A stretch of DNA of 64,000 bases from Ignavibacteriaceae bacterium (GCA_014860115.1 JACZKK010000158.1:5176-69175); one strand, 5' to 3'. Positions 18,187-28,519 are shown, counted from the stretch's first letter. The notes: generated by a model from the letters alone, not told the origin. Translations and numbers: made by a program.

Positions 18187-19101
18187 ATGAAAAAATTTTT
18201 ATTCTCAATTGCTGCATTCACTTCAATAATATTACTTTGTTCCTGCAAAACAGAAACACTTGAAACTAAAGGCTCACCTGAATACCTCGAAGAAATTAAA
18301 CAATGGGATCAGAAACGATTAGAAAGACTCAAAGCTGATGATGGCTGGTTAAATCTTGTTGGGAGAACGTGGCTTAAGCCCGGTGAAAATAAATTCGGAT
18401 CAGCGAAGGATAATGATGTTGTGATTGAGTCCGACAAAGTTCCTGATTATATGGGAGTTTTTATTTTTCAAGATTCAACCGTTACTATGAAAGTTAATGA
18501 TGGGGTTGATGTTTTATTCAATGATAATCCGGTTAAAGAAATGGTGATGGTTGGTGATACTAAAAAAGAAATGACAGTTTTCCAGAATGGACCAACCAAG
18601 TGGAATTTAATAGTGAGAAATGAATTGTATGGAATACGTTTCCGCGATCTTGAATCAGAATTTGTTAAAAAGTTTTCAGGAATTGAACGCTTCCCCGTAA
18701 ATGAGGATTGGAGAATAAGTGCAGATTTTGAATCATACGACCCGCCTAAAAAAATTCAAGTGCCGAATGTTCTCGGGCAAGTTGATGAAGAGCTATCTCC
18801 GGGTGCAGTTGTATTTACAAAAGATAACCAGACATATAGAATAGAAACTATAGATGCCGGTGACAGACTCTGGCTTATTTTCGCTGATGGAACAAGCGGA
18901 GAAGAAACATACGGCGGCGGAAGATTTTTATACACAGATAGTAAAGCCGACTCAACCGGTAAAATAATTGTGGATTTCAACAAAGCATACAATCCTCCAT
19001 GCGTACTCACTAAATTCGCTACTTGCCCTTTGCCGCCTAAGGAAAATTATATTAAACTCAGAGTTACTGCCGGAGAAAAGATGTACGGAGAAAATCACTG
19101 A
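18187..19101 (+). CDS. DUF1684-family lipoprotein
   Basis: The track ORF starts at a TTG at 18121. ATG 18187 gives 'MKKFLFSIAAFTSIILLCSC', a signal peptide plus lipobox. C-terminal 'FNKAYNPPCVLTKFATCPLPPKENYIKLRVTAGEK' matches the DUF1684 signature as I recall it. Confidence 0.7.
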   Translation: MKKFLFSIAAFTSIILLCSCKTETLETKGSPEYLEEIKQWDQKRLERLKADDGWLNLVGRTWLKPGENKFGSAKDNDVVIESDKVPDYMGVFIFQDSTVTMKVNDGVDVLFNDNPVKEMVMVGDTKKEMTVFQNGPTKWNLIVRNELYGIRFRDLESEFVKKFSGIERFPVNEDWRISADFESYDPPKKIQVPNVLGQVDEELSPGAVVFTKDNQTYRIETIDAGDRLWLIFADGTSGEETYGGGRFLYTDSKADSTGKIIVDFNKAYNPPCVLTKFATCPLPPKENYIKLRVTAGEKMYGENH

Positions 19102-19211
19102 GCTGAGTATTGAGTAAAAAGTATTGAGCAGGTAGCAAGCAGATAATTGCTCGTTCAATCATTCAATCTTCCGATCAAAATGTTTCTTGCTTCTTTGAGT
19201 GTTTGAATATT

Positions 19212-20051
19212 TTAATTTTTTCTAAATACTGACAGCAGCCCGTGAGTTAATGATTCGGGCGGACCCATCAGATGTGTTGAACCGTCGAATACTTTTGCTT
19301 CGAGCATTACACCCGTATAATTTCTTTCCTGAATTTGCGTGACCAGCCCATCAATCGGTTCAAAATAGTTTTCATCGGGCTCTTCGCTTCCGACTGAAAT
19401 AAAAAGTCCAATTTTCTTTTCACCAATCTTATCAGAAGAATTCTCTTCGTAATTATAAATGGAATAATTGTCCCACGTCAGGCTTGGGCTACCAATAATA
19501 TATCGATTAAAAATTTCGGGTTTTGTGAAAAGTGTATAGAGTCCAAACAAACCTCCAATCGAATAACCATTTATAACTCTTTCTCCAGGAACTGTTCTAT
19601 AATTGTTGTCGATAAAAGGCAGCAGTTCTTCTTCAAGAAATTTCAGAAAATTCTCTGCATCTCCTGCTTGTGTTGGCCTGTAATCTCTTCGTCGTTTTTC
19701 ACCTGCCGATTTATCAAGAGCACCATAACCTATGCCCACGATAATTAGCTCGGGAATATTTTCACCAATCTGCAGATAACGTGCTATGCTTGCTGCCATA
19801 CCAAATGCAACATCTCCATCAAGAACATAAAGCACCGGATATCTTTTATCGCCCGAATAATAACCATCAGGAACACTTACAAAGACAAAGAATGAATCTG
19901 CAATTAATTCTGAATACATATATTTCTCTGTTGCATTGTAAAGCGAAAATTGCTGAGAGTTAATATTGTCAGAAGAGGTTTGAGGATTTATAGGAATAAC
20001 TGAAATGAAAAGTAATGTGGTTAAAATTAAAATAAAGGTAAAGGTTTTCAT
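19212..20051 (-). CDS. alpha/beta hydrolase, esterase family (enterochelin-esterase-like)
   Basis: The track start 20096 is probably over-extended. ATG 20051 has SD 'AGGGAG' and gives the signal peptide 'MKTFTFILILTTLLF'. 'YPVLYVLDGD' and nucleophile elbow 'GYSIGG'. Confidence 0.75.
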   Translation of the reverse strand: MKTFTFILILTTLLFISVIPINPQTSSDNINSQQFSLYNATEKYMYSELIADSFFVFVSVPDGYYSGDKRYPVLYVLDGDVAFGMAASIARYLQIGENIPELIIVGIGYGALDKSAGEKRRRDYRPTQAGDAENFLKFLEEELLPFIDNNYRTVPGERVINGYSIGGLFGLYTLFTKPEIFNRYIIGSPSLTWDNYSIYNYEENSSDKIGEKKIGLFISVGSEEPDENYFEPIDGLVTQIQERNYTGVMLEAKVFDGSTHLMGPPESLTHGLLSVFRKN

Positions 20052-20306
20052 TCTAATGCTCCCTGTTTTTGAAAGTATGCACTTATCTCGCATCAATATT
20101 AATTAAACATTTATCCCAATCAAAACCAATAAAACGGAAAGTATTACCAATAAAGCGAAGAATAAGAAAAATTTTACTTATTCATTTACTATTATGTGCG
20201 TGATGATTATGTTTATTGGGTATAAAAATTGATTCCTTAGAGGTTTAGCTTTCACTCTTTAGTATCTGCTAAATTATAAATAATATTTCACTTTAAAGGT
20301 GCAATA

Positions 20307-21461
20307 ATGAATAAGTTAATAACGTTGATATTTTTATTTTATTCCGGAGCCTGCCTCTCGCAAAGTTTTTCAACTCCTCTTACAAATCCATATAATCTTG
20401 ATAATTCCGGCAGCTTTAACAGTCCCGTATTTGTTGATATCGATAGCGACGGTGACTATGATTGTTTTAGCGGAATTGGTACCGGACAAACAACTTATTA
20501 TGAAAATAATGGAACAAGTTCATTCCCTGCTTTTGCCAGCTGGCAGTTAGCTAACATCTTCGGAATTTTTGATGTGGGGAATAATGCCAAGCCGGCATTT
20601 GCCGACATAGATTCTGATGGGGATTATGATCTTTACTTAGGTGAAGCCGGGTTTAGGATTTTATTTTTCAGGAACACAAGCGCTACTACACCTAACTTTA
20701 ACTACATCTCAGAAAACCCCGCGGGAATTTCCGGATTGGGAAGTAACGCGGCTCCGACTTTTATTAATATAGATGACGATAATGATTTAGATTTATTTGT
20801 CGGACAGTTAGATGGTAATATTTTATTTTTCAGAAATATTGGAACAAGATTTAATCCCTCGTGGGCAAACTCACTTACTAATCCTTTTGGATTGAGTGAT
20901 GTTGGCTCGAGATCAACCCCATCTTTTTGCGACATTGATAAAGATGGCGATTACGATGCTTTTATTGGTAACGAAAACGGGGACATAGTTTTCTTCAGGA
21001 ATATTGGAACAAATACTGACCCTTCTTTTGATTCTCCCCAAACAAATCCATTTGGATTGGAAGATGTAGGAACGAATTCTGCTCCGTCGTTTGTAGATAT
21101 TGACAATGATGGTAAAGAAGATCTGTTTGTTGGTTCAGGAACCGGAAACACATATTATTTTAGAAACACAACTATTGTAAGCGTTGAAGAAGAGCAAAAT
21201 TCCTCATTCGTAGAAGTGAAAGCATATCCAAATCCGGTTAGCAATATGTTAAATGTTAGCGGCAGCTACATTGATTTAGACCAGACAGAACTTTCTGTTT
21301 ATTCTATACTTGGCGAGAAGCTCAACCTAAACATAACTCGAAATGGTAGCCTGGCGGCTATTAATTTCACTGACTTAGCTCCGGGCATTTACATTCTCGT
21401 TATCAAAAATGATGTTGTCAGTTATTCAACAAAAATTATAAAGAGCGGTAAAGGATTTTAA
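20307..21461 (+). CDS. FG-GAP/VCBS-repeat protein with T9SS C-terminal sorting domain
   Basis: 384 aa. Signal peptide. Five Ca-binding-type loops: 'DIDSDGDYD' x2, 'NIDDDNDLD', 'DIDKDGDYD', 'DIDNDGKED'. C-terminus 'VKAYPNPVSNMLNV...LSVYSILGEKL...GIYILVIKN...KIIK' fits the Por_Secre_tail pattern. Confidence 0.85.
   Translation: MNKLITLIFLFYSGACLSQSFSTPLTNPYNLDNSGSFNSPVFVDIDSDGDYDCFSGIGTGQTTYYENNGTSSFPAFASWQLANIFGIFDVGNNAKPAFADIDSDGDYDLYLGEAGFRILFFRNTSATTPNFNYISENPAGISGLGSNAAPTFINIDDDNDLDLFVGQLDGNILFFRNIGTRFNPSWANSLTNPFGLSDVGSRSTPSFCDIDKDGDYDAFIGNENGDIVFFRNIGTNTDPSFDSPQTNPFGLEDVGTNSAPSFVDIDNDGKEDLFVGSGTGNTYYFRNTTIVSVEEEQNSSFVEVKAYPNPVSNMLNVSGSYIDLDQTELSVYSILGEKLNLNITRNGSLAAINFTDLAPGIYILVIKNDVVSYSTKIIKSGKGF
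20382..21173 (+). repeat. five tandem ~55-aa FG-GAP/VCBS-like coding repeats
   Basis: Recurring unit 'NPFGL.DVG....P.F.DID.DGD.D.F.G...G.I.FFRN.G' read in the translation of 20307..21461. Confidence 0.7.
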
Positions 21462-21492
21462 AAGATTGATTGTATTAGAGTTGTAAGTCGGG

Positions 21493-22632
21493 TTATTTGT
21501 TTAAGCTGATAATGTGCCTGGCTACTTTTGCAACGCCGTTTTCGATTTTTTCTTTCAGAATATTTTCTCTGTAAGAAGAATATAGTTTTTCATCTTCTAA
21601 AAGATTTTTAACTGCTTGCGGAAGCTTTTTAATTTTAGGTTCATAGATGCCGAGTTTCTTTTCGATCAGGTAATCAACATTCCCCTGTTCCTGTTCCCAG
21701 ATATAATCATTAACGACGGGGACTTTCTTCAGATTTAATATTTCCATTATTGTTGAAGCACCGCATTTTGTAAGCACCACATCTGAAATATTTATCAGTT
21801 CGTAAATAAAATCTACATATCCATAAATTTTCAATTGTGCTATTTGATATTTTTCCTTTAATCTTTCAGCGCCTTTTTGCAGGACTTCATTCTTCCCACA
21901 GACAATTCCGATTTCATAATCAGGTTTTGACGAAAGAATCTCTTCAAGAATTTTTTCACCTTTGGGTATACCATCTCCCCCTCCGAGGATTAGCAGTATC
22001 TTTTTGGTCGGATCATATCCATATTTCTTTTTAACTGAAATAATTTCATCGCTCGAAAGTGTTTTAGAAAACTTATCATCTATCACAAAAGGAAAGGTAT
22101 GAATTGTATATCCTCTTCTTTTCCGAAGCACTTTCTCTTCTAAATCATTACTGAAAACAATGAAATTCTGGTTATTCACAAGGAACCACATTGTATGAGG
22201 CGTAAATGGATCTGTGATAACCGTAGTAACAGGTATAGAGAGTTTATTCTTTTTCAGAATGTTGAAAATTGGAATGATGAGAAAAAAGTGGAAGATAACA
22301 ATCTTATCCGGTTTTTCTTTGAGAATCGTTTCTTCCAGATATTTTTCCATAAAAGGTGCAATAAGCAAGCAGGTTATCCTTGCGACAATCGGAATTTTAT
22401 TCACCGCATAAAGAAATTCAAAAAACCATTTACCGGTATATTGAAGCATCCGGTATCCGTCTTCGATTATATATTGAACCCAGCGAGGAGTTTTTTCAAA
22501 GCCATAAATTAATTTTGGCTCGGTAGTATCAGAAAAGTGCTTGTTTAGATAATTGAAGATTGCTCGTGCTGGTGCAAGATGTCCGCCACCAGTTTTTAGA
22601 TACACAAACAGATATTTTTTCTTTCCGTTCAA
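21493..22632 (-). CDS. GT28-type glycosyltransferase, MGDG-synthase/UgtP-like
   Basis: 379 aa. N-terminal 'VYLKTGGGHLAPARAI' (G-G-G-H nucleotide-sugar GT-B motif). C-terminal 'ISDVVLTKCGASTIMEILNLKKVPVV'. Confidence 0.7.
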   Translation of the reverse strand: MNGKKKYLFVYLKTGGGHLAPARAIFNYLNKHFSDTTEPKLIYGFEKTPRWVQYIIEDGYRMLQYTGKWFFEFLYAVNKIPIVARITCLLIAPFMEKYLEETILKEKPDKIVIFHFFLIIPIFNILKKNKLSIPVTTVITDPFTPHTMWFLVNNQNFIVFSNDLEEKVLRKRRGYTIHTFPFVIDDKFSKTLSSDEIISVKKKYGYDPTKKILLILGGGDGIPKGEKILEEILSSKPDYEIGIVCGKNEVLQKGAERLKEKYQIAQLKIYGYVDFIYELINISDVVLTKCGASTIMEILNLKKVPVVNDYIWEQEQGNVDYLIEKKLGIYEPKIKKLPQAVKNLLEDEKLYSSYRENILKEKIENGVAKVARHIISLNK

Positions 22633-22637
22633 AATAT

Positions 22638-23957
22638 TTACCTCAACACCGGATCTGTTTCTTTTTCAAGATAACCTTTTTCGAGCACTTGTTTTATCTT
22701 AAATGTACCTAGCTTTCGGGCTTTTAGAAATCCATCCCAAGCAGATTCAGCAAGTGTTCCCCTGCTAAGCAAATCATAGAGCCATTGATCTGTATAATCA
22801 GGTTTCTCCTGTTTTAATGCTGCCTGAATTTCTCGCAACCACTTCCTGTTGAATTTTTCCTGTGAACCAATTATCGGACTCATTACTATCGGAATTCCCA
22901 ATGCGCTGTAAAATGAAAGTTCGCTCGGTTTAGTCCAAAGTATATCAGTCTCATGTAAAGCATCATTAAAAAGATCGAAGTATTCGTGGAGTGATTCTGA
23001 AAAAATAATTTTAATGTTGTCTTCTTCAGGATCAATTTCTTTTTTTACAGTCTTAAAATATTCATTGACTTCTTTTCTGTTGCCCGCCACAAGAATTAAT
23101 CTAATCTCCCCATTTTTAAGTTTATCTTTAAGACTCTGCGCAATCTGTCCGCCAATTTCCTTTTGTGCACCTGCACCACCAACTGCATAAGTAATAGTTA
23201 ATTTTCTGTCATTCCTGAAAACACAATTTTCTTTTCCTAAAAAATACTCAACGTTTCTTCCATGCCGAGCCCAGAATTTTCGTTTGGGATCGAGATAAAA
23301 GAGTCTTTGCGCAAGGTCTTTCTTCAGTACGGAAAGATTTTCGTCCCCAAGTAATTCAACTGGCAACGGAAATCCTGTGAGATGAATTCTCTCCTCGGAA
23401 ACACCATAAGCTTTAAGTCTCTGTGCAGCTTTCCCACAAGGAGCAAAATACTCAACCCTGCTTTCCCATGGATCCTTTGCAACCCAAACACGGTTGATAT
23501 CTGCATCGCATATAATACAATAAACTTTGTTGAAGCCCTTCTTATCGGCAGCGATTGCAGAAGCATAAAAAGAAGTTATCAAAGGCAGGTTCTTAGTAGA
23601 AATCTTTTCCAACATTCCCTTACAAAGACCCTTTTCAATTGTTGACTCAAGAAGATTTACCTGGAAAGTTGTGTTGGATAAATTACGCATCGGATAGAAC
23701 GAAGGAATATGCATCATAGAATCGAGCATTGAAAAAATAGGAGGACCAACTACCGGAACTCCCTTAGCTCTGGAAAAAAATTCGTACGCATTTAACAATC
23801 GCTTCCATAACTTTTGTTCAGCTTTTGAGACTGCTTCAGATGAACCTACTGTAATAATTCCATCTTCGGCAATATCTTTAAGTGGATATACTGCCCGTTG
23901 ATGTCCGTAACCCATATCAGCAGAGACAACCCATGCTCTATTATTGAACTCACTCAT
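22638..23957 (-). CDS. GT-B-like protein related to MGDG-synthase-type transferases (uncertain)
   Basis: 439 aa. 'VVSADMGYGHQRAVYPL' resembles the N-terminal G-x-G-H motif. 'VGGAGAQKEIG' and 'LWTKPSELSFYSALGIPIV' resemble the C-terminal half of GT-B enzymes. 5 nt from the downstream GT28 gene. Confidence 0.5.
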   Translation of the reverse strand: MSEFNNRAWVVSADMGYGHQRAVYPLKDIAEDGIITVGSSEAVSKAEQKLWKRLLNAYEFFSRAKGVPVVGPPIFSMLDSMMHIPSFYPMRNLSNTTFQVNLLESTIEKGLCKGMLEKISTKNLPLITSFYASAIAADKKGFNKVYCIICDADINRVWVAKDPWESRVEYFAPCGKAAQRLKAYGVSEERIHLTGFPLPVELLGDENLSVLKKDLAQRLFYLDPKRKFWARHGRNVEYFLGKENCVFRNDRKLTITYAVGGAGAQKEIGGQIAQSLKDKLKNGEIRLILVAGNRKEVNEYFKTVKKEIDPEEDNIKIIFSESLHEYFDLFNDALHETDILWTKPSELSFYSALGIPIVMSPIIGSQEKFNRKWLREIQAALKQEKPDYTDQWLYDLLSRGTLAESAWDGFLKARKLGTFKIKQVLEKGYLEKETDPVLR

Positions 23958-24102
23958 AAACTCTTAAAATTAAAGTAGATAATATTTCAGGAATAAAAAT
24001 AGGTAATTGTGAGAAGCTATGCTTGTAATACGCAGGGTTAAAAATGAAGGTGTCAGATATACTAAAAAGCCTTCCGCAATTAGAGAAAGTAGAAGTTGTG
24101 AT

Positions 24103-24201
24103 TTATGAAGTCCGTCTGCTAGGTCTTTCCTTCAACCATTCATAAGCAATAACTGCCAGAAATAAAGCTATGCCGATACAGAATCTTAATGTTTCGTCCA
24201 T
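24103..24201 (-). CDS. candidate 32-aa small hydrophobic protein
   Basis: Below the track cutoff. My translation: MDETLRFCIGIALFLAVIAYEWLKERPSRRTS. One TM-length hydrophobic stretch plus a basic tail. 'AGGGA' lies 8 nt upstream of the ATG. Located in a 429-bp gap. Confidence 0.25.
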   Translation of the reverse strand: MDETLRFCIGIALFLAVIAYEWLKERPSRRTS

Positions 24202-24348
24202 GATAATTTCCCTTTTTATTGTATTTTATCAATAGAAAATTATCCGGCAGAAGTTAACTAATGATTAAGTTAGTGTTAATTTTAGGTTAATAATGAAGAT
24301 AATTTTGATCTCAAAAATTATAGTAATTTCCCAATTATAATTTGGAAA

Positions 24349-24369
24349 GTCCTCTCCTTTGGAGAGGAT
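24349..24369 (+). promoter_or_regulatory. tight stem-loop immediately upstream of the SD of the MFS gene
   Basis: tcctctcc (24350-24357) pairs with ggagagga (24361-24368), 3-nt loop. Followed by 'TTTAGGTGAGG' (SD) and the TTG start at 24387. Confidence 0.4.
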
Positions 24370-24386
24370 TTAGGTGAGGCTTCTGA

Positions 24387-25568
24387 TTGAAAAACCCATA
24401 CAGCGGACTTAAAAATATCCCTAAAAATATCTGGCTGCTTGCTGCTGCAACTCTTATCAACAGAGCAGGTACAATGGTTTTACCATTCATTGCACTTTAT
24501 GCAAACCAGGTTTTGAATGTTTCCAAAAGCGATGCGGGAATTGTTCTTGCCGTTTATGGTGTTGGCGCTTTCGTCTCGGCCCCATTCACCGGGAAGCTGA
24601 GTGATAAGATCGGCACAATGAGGCAGATGAGAATATCTCTATTCGCAACGGGTTCTTTTCTTTTTCTTTATTCCTTCATCACTGACTTCATTTTGTTTTT
24701 ATCTCTTACTTTCATCTGGGCAATACTAAGTGAAGCATTTCGTCCTGCAAGCATGGCATTTATTTCTGACGAGATTACATCAGACAGAAGAAAAACTGCA
24801 TTCGCACTTCAACGGCTTGCAATAAATCTTGGAATGAGCATTGGTCCTGTAGTTGGTGGAATACTGAGCACAATTAATTTTCATATTTTATTTTATATCA
24901 ACGCTCTCTCCTCTCTTGCGGCAGGAGTATTTCTAACTTTCTCTCACTTTGAAAAACACGAAACAGTTCAGAAAGAAACTGAAGTAGCAGAGCCTGTTGT
25001 ACCTCGGCAAAAAGTAAGTGTCTTCAGAGATCGGAAATTAATTTATTTTCTACTTGCCCTAATTCCTGTTGAGATTGTTTTTTTTCAGCACATTGGTGCG
25101 TTACCATTATTTATAGTTTCCGACTTGGGATATACAACTGCTGTATTTGGAATACTAACTGCTGTTAATACTGTCTTGATAATTTTTATTGAAGTTCCAT
25201 TAAACGATTCAATGCGACATTGGGATGACAAAAAATCTTTGGCTCTTGGTGCTCTCTTGTGTGGTGTTGGTTTTGGTTTGATGGCATTCACAAATACAAT
25301 TCCCCCGATTGTTGCTTTGATTGTAGTGTGGACATTCGGCGAGATGATATTCTTTCCATCATCCGGCGAGTATGTTGCAAAGATAGCTCCCGAAAAACAG
25401 CGCGGCGAATATATGGGTTACTTCCAGATGGCTTTCAGCTTTGCATTTATGGTTGGTCCGTGGCTTGGTGCAACTGTTCTTGATCTCTACGGTCCTTTTA
25501 ATCTTTGGATAGGTTGTCTTGCGTTTGGATTGATTTCTACGGTGATGATGTTGAGACTGAAGATATAG
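24387..25568 (+). CDS. MFS transporter
   Basis: 393 aa, TTG start, about 12 hydrophobic helices. 'GKLSDKIGTMRQ' matches the MFS loop 2-3 motif (G-x-L-x-D-R/K-x-G-R/K-R/K). Confidence 0.85.
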   Translation: MKNPYSGLKNIPKNIWLLAAATLINRAGTMVLPFIALYANQVLNVSKSDAGIVLAVYGVGAFVSAPFTGKLSDKIGTMRQMRISLFATGSFLFLYSFITDFILFLSLTFIWAILSEAFRPASMAFISDEITSDRRKTAFALQRLAINLGMSIGPVVGGILSTINFHILFYINALSSLAAGVFLTFSHFEKHETVQKETEVAEPVVPRQKVSVFRDRKLIYFLLALIPVEIVFFQHIGALPLFIVSDLGYTTAVFGILTAVNTVLIIFIEVPLNDSMRHWDDKKSLALGALLCGVGFGLMAFTNTIPPIVALIVVWTFGEMIFFPSSGEYVAKIAPEKQRGEYMGYFQMAFSFAFMVGPWLGATVLDLYGPFNLWIGCLAFGLISTVMMLRLKI

Positions 25569-25818
25569 TAATCATCAGTCACGGTTCGTCTGTGATTACC
25601 TTCGAACTAAATATTCTGCCTAATATAAAATATCCGTCAATTTCTCTCATGCTTGCTATTCAGCAAATGAACAATAATAATTCCATTGAAACGAGTTTGA
25701 ATTTTAAACATATTTTGTTTGTTAGTTTTTACTTATGTAGTTTATTGGGGAATAGAATCTTTATGGAAATATTTTTACGGATTCTTAAATATCTTTTTTA
25801 ATTAACTCTGAGGTTAAA

Positions 25819-26625
25819 ATGAAAAATCTAATTTTATCTTCTCTTCTTCTCATATTATTAATCATTGGCTGTTCAGAAAACAATTCAATAGAACCAATTA
25901 CTTATACTGATTCTGAGTTGAAAGCAAAAATTATTGGGACGTGGTCTAGTGATTATTTAACTTTTAATTTTGACGCAAGTGGTAATTTTAAAGAAACCTT
26001 CAATTATTATTACCAGGACACAGTAATCCAAGAGGCAGAAATAATTAAGGGAACTTATGATATAAGGGACGGAATACTGATGTATACAAATATTACAGAG
26101 TGGACTATTAACAATACTTTCCCAAACAAAATCAGAGAATCAAATGAGGCTTTAAATAGAACTTCCTCAAATACATTCGATGCTGGGAAAACCTCTTTTG
26201 TACTAAATAACGAAATAGGTGTTATTTACTCTGTGCCAAATTATAAAATTCTAATCAATAAGGATTTATTATATTTTTATCCTTTAGACATACTAACAGG
26301 AATTGGAGAAAATACAAATAGTTTATGGGGAGAGTGGACTACTTTTCAATGGTCTATTGGATATGATACTGAAATACCGAATTATGTGTTTGGAAAATTA
26401 GATTGGGAATTTAACTTCATTAAAGATTCGATGATGGTTACCTATGGTTCAAAACTTTCAATGGATTCCAGTGGGGTATTTCATTATACAACAGAACCAT
26501 TAGTATATAACCCACCTGATTTAAGTTGGGGGACTAACTATAGTAAAACAATTGAATTTCATAATGGACAAATCTATATGTACGAGAAACTTAGCAGTAC
26601 TCCCATACCTTTGAAAAAAAACTAA
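25819..26625 (+). CDS. hypothetical lipoprotein
   Basis: 268 aa. 'LLIIGCSEN' lipobox. No recognisable catalytic motif. Confidence 0.6.
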   Translation: MKNLILSSLLLILLIIGCSENNSIEPITYTDSELKAKIIGTWSSDYLTFNFDASGNFKETFNYYYQDTVIQEAEIIKGTYDIRDGILMYTNITEWTINNTFPNKIRESNEALNRTSSNTFDAGKTSFVLNNEIGVIYSVPNYKILINKDLLYFYPLDILTGIGENTNSLWGEWTTFQWSIGYDTEIPNYVFGKLDWEFNFIKDSMMVTYGSKLSMDSSGVFHYTTEPLVYNPPDLSWGTNYSKTIEFHNGQIYMYEKLSSTPIPLKKN

Positions 26626-26671
26626 TAATTTTGGAATAGTAACGCTAACAGTTCAAGCAACCTGTCGGTAA

Positions 26672-26700
26672 AATAAAAAGCCCCGAAAACATCGGGGCTT
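26672..26700 (-). terminator. GC-rich hairpin with minus-strand terminator polarity
   Basis: aagccccga (26678-26686) pairs with tcggggctt (26692-26700), 5-nt loop. The A-run (aaaataaaaa) lies on the plus-strand 5' side, so the U-tract exists only for a minus-strand transcript. Both flanking genes are on the plus strand. Confidence 0.5.
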
Positions 26701-26911
26701 CAAACATTACTTACTTTACAATTTAAATTATTTAATGAGGAAAATATATTTAATACCCTACAATTTCGGTTTATAATCCTTTATATTTGTGATATGTTAA
26801 TTAACAAAATTCATATCAGCACTCCGATTTGATACCTTAGCGGCTCTGGCCACTAAATACCTCGACATTTTTTATAATTTCCATTTATTAATAAATTAAA
26901 AAATTTTAGAT

Positions 26912-28519
26912 ATGACAAGTATTATTAAACAAATACAAAACAGAAAAACATTTGCAATTATAAGCCACCCGGATGCGGGTAAAACCACATTGACTGAGAA
27001 GCTTTTGTTATTTGGCGGAGCTATCCAGGTTGCCGGTGCGGTTAAATCAAACAAAATTAGAAAAACAACCACTTCAGATTTTCTTGAGATAGAAAAACAA
27101 AGAGGAATATCCGTCACAACCTCCGTTATGAATTTTGAGTACAATGGTGTGAAAATAAATTTACTTGATACTCCCGGTCACAAGGATTTTGCCGAAGACA
27201 CTTACCGGACTCTCACCGCCGTTGATAGTGTTATCCTTGTAATTGACTGCGTTAAAGGTGTTGAGGAGCAAACTGAAAAACTTATGAACGTCTGCCGGAT
27301 GCGTAACACACCAGTTATTGTTTTTATTAATAAACTGGATAGAGAAGGCAGATATCCTGTTGAGCTGCTGGATGAAATTGAACACAAATTAAAAATAAAA
27401 GTAAGACCATTAAGCTGGCCGGTTGGAATTGGGATTTCATTCCGGGGTGTGTATAATATTTTTCAAAATTCTTTCAGTTTCTTCCGTGCAAACAAACAGA
27501 AAATTGAAAAGGATGTAGAAACTTTTAAGGGTTCAACTGATCCTCAATTAAAGGAACTGCTCGGTGAAGATGCCATCAAGCTAAACGAAGAGCTGAATCT
27601 TGTAAATGGAATATATGGTGATTTTAAGATTGAAGATTATCTGAAAGGAAATCTGGCACCTGTTTTCTTCGGCAGTGCGTTAAATAATTTCGGAGTAAAA
27701 GAATTACTTGATACATTTATTAAAATAGCTCCCGGTCCTCAGGGCAGAGAAACCACGAAAGGATTTATCGAACCAACTCATAATAATTTTTCCGGATTTG
27801 TTTTTAAGATACACGCAAATCTGGACCCGAAACACAGAGACAGAATTGCTTTCTTAAGAGTATGCTCGGGAAAGTTTGAACGGAACAAATTCTTTTACCA
27901 TGTAAGATTGAACCGCGAATTCAAGTTTGCAAACCCGGCATCTTTTATGGCACAGGATAAAAGCTTAATTGAAGAAGCATATCCCGGCGATGTTATTGGT
28001 TTATATGATTCGGGAAATTTCAAGATCGGAGATACTCTTTCCGAAGGCGAGCAATTTATGTTTAAGGGAATACCAACTTTTTCACCTGAAATTTTCAGAG
28101 AACTGCAGCTATTTGATCCCTTTAAATCAAAGCAGTTAGAAAAAGGAATTATGCAATTAACTGACGAAGGACTTGCGCAGTTATTTATTCAAAATAACAG
28201 GAAAGTAGTTGGCACAGTTGGCGAGCTTCAGTTTGAAGTGATACAATACCGGCTTCTAAATGAATATGGTGCAGACTGCCGCTTCCGACACCTGAATTAT
28301 ATCAAAGCCTGCTGGGTAAAGTTTGATAACAAGGAAGACATAGCCGAACTGCAAAGACTTCGCTCGCATAATTTATTTTATGATAAGCACGATGAACTTG
28401 TGTTCATGGCTGAGTCAGAGTATCAATTAAATGCGGCTAAAGAAAAAAATCCCAAGGCTAAATTTTTATTCAGCATTGAGCATAACACCGAAACCGTGCA
28501 AATGGAAAAAGTAGTTTAG
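26912..28519 (+). CDS. prfC: peptide chain release factor 3
   Basis: 535 aa. '[36 protein letters not shown]', 'DTPGHKDF', 'NKLDR' GTPase motifs. Colinear with E. coli RF3 as I recall it. Confidence 0.95.
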   Translation: MTSIIKQIQNRKTFAIISHPDAGKTTLTEKLLLFGGAIQVAGAVKSNKIRKTTTSDFLEIEKQRGISVTTSVMNFEYNGVKINLLDTPGHKDFAEDTYRTLTAVDSVILVIDCVKGVEEQTEKLMNVCRMRNTPVIVFINKLDREGRYPVELLDEIEHKLKIKVRPLSWPVGIGISFRGVYNIFQNSFSFFRANKQKIEKDVETFKGSTDPQLKELLGEDAIKLNEELNLVNGIYGDFKIEDYLKGNLAPVFFGSALNNFGVKELLDTFIKIAPGPQGRETTKGFIEPTHNNFSGFVFKIHANLDPKHRDRIAFLRVCSGKFERNKFFYHVRLNREFKFANPASFMAQDKSLIEEAYPGDVIGLYDSGNFKIGDTLSEGEQFMFKGIPTFSPEIFRELQLFDPFKSKQLEKGIMQLTDEGLAQLFIQNNRKVVGTVGELQFEVIQYRLLNEYGADCRFRHLNYIKACWVKFDNKEDIAELQRLRSHNLFYDKHDELVFMAESEYQLNAAKEKNPKAKFLFSIEHNTETVQMEKVV

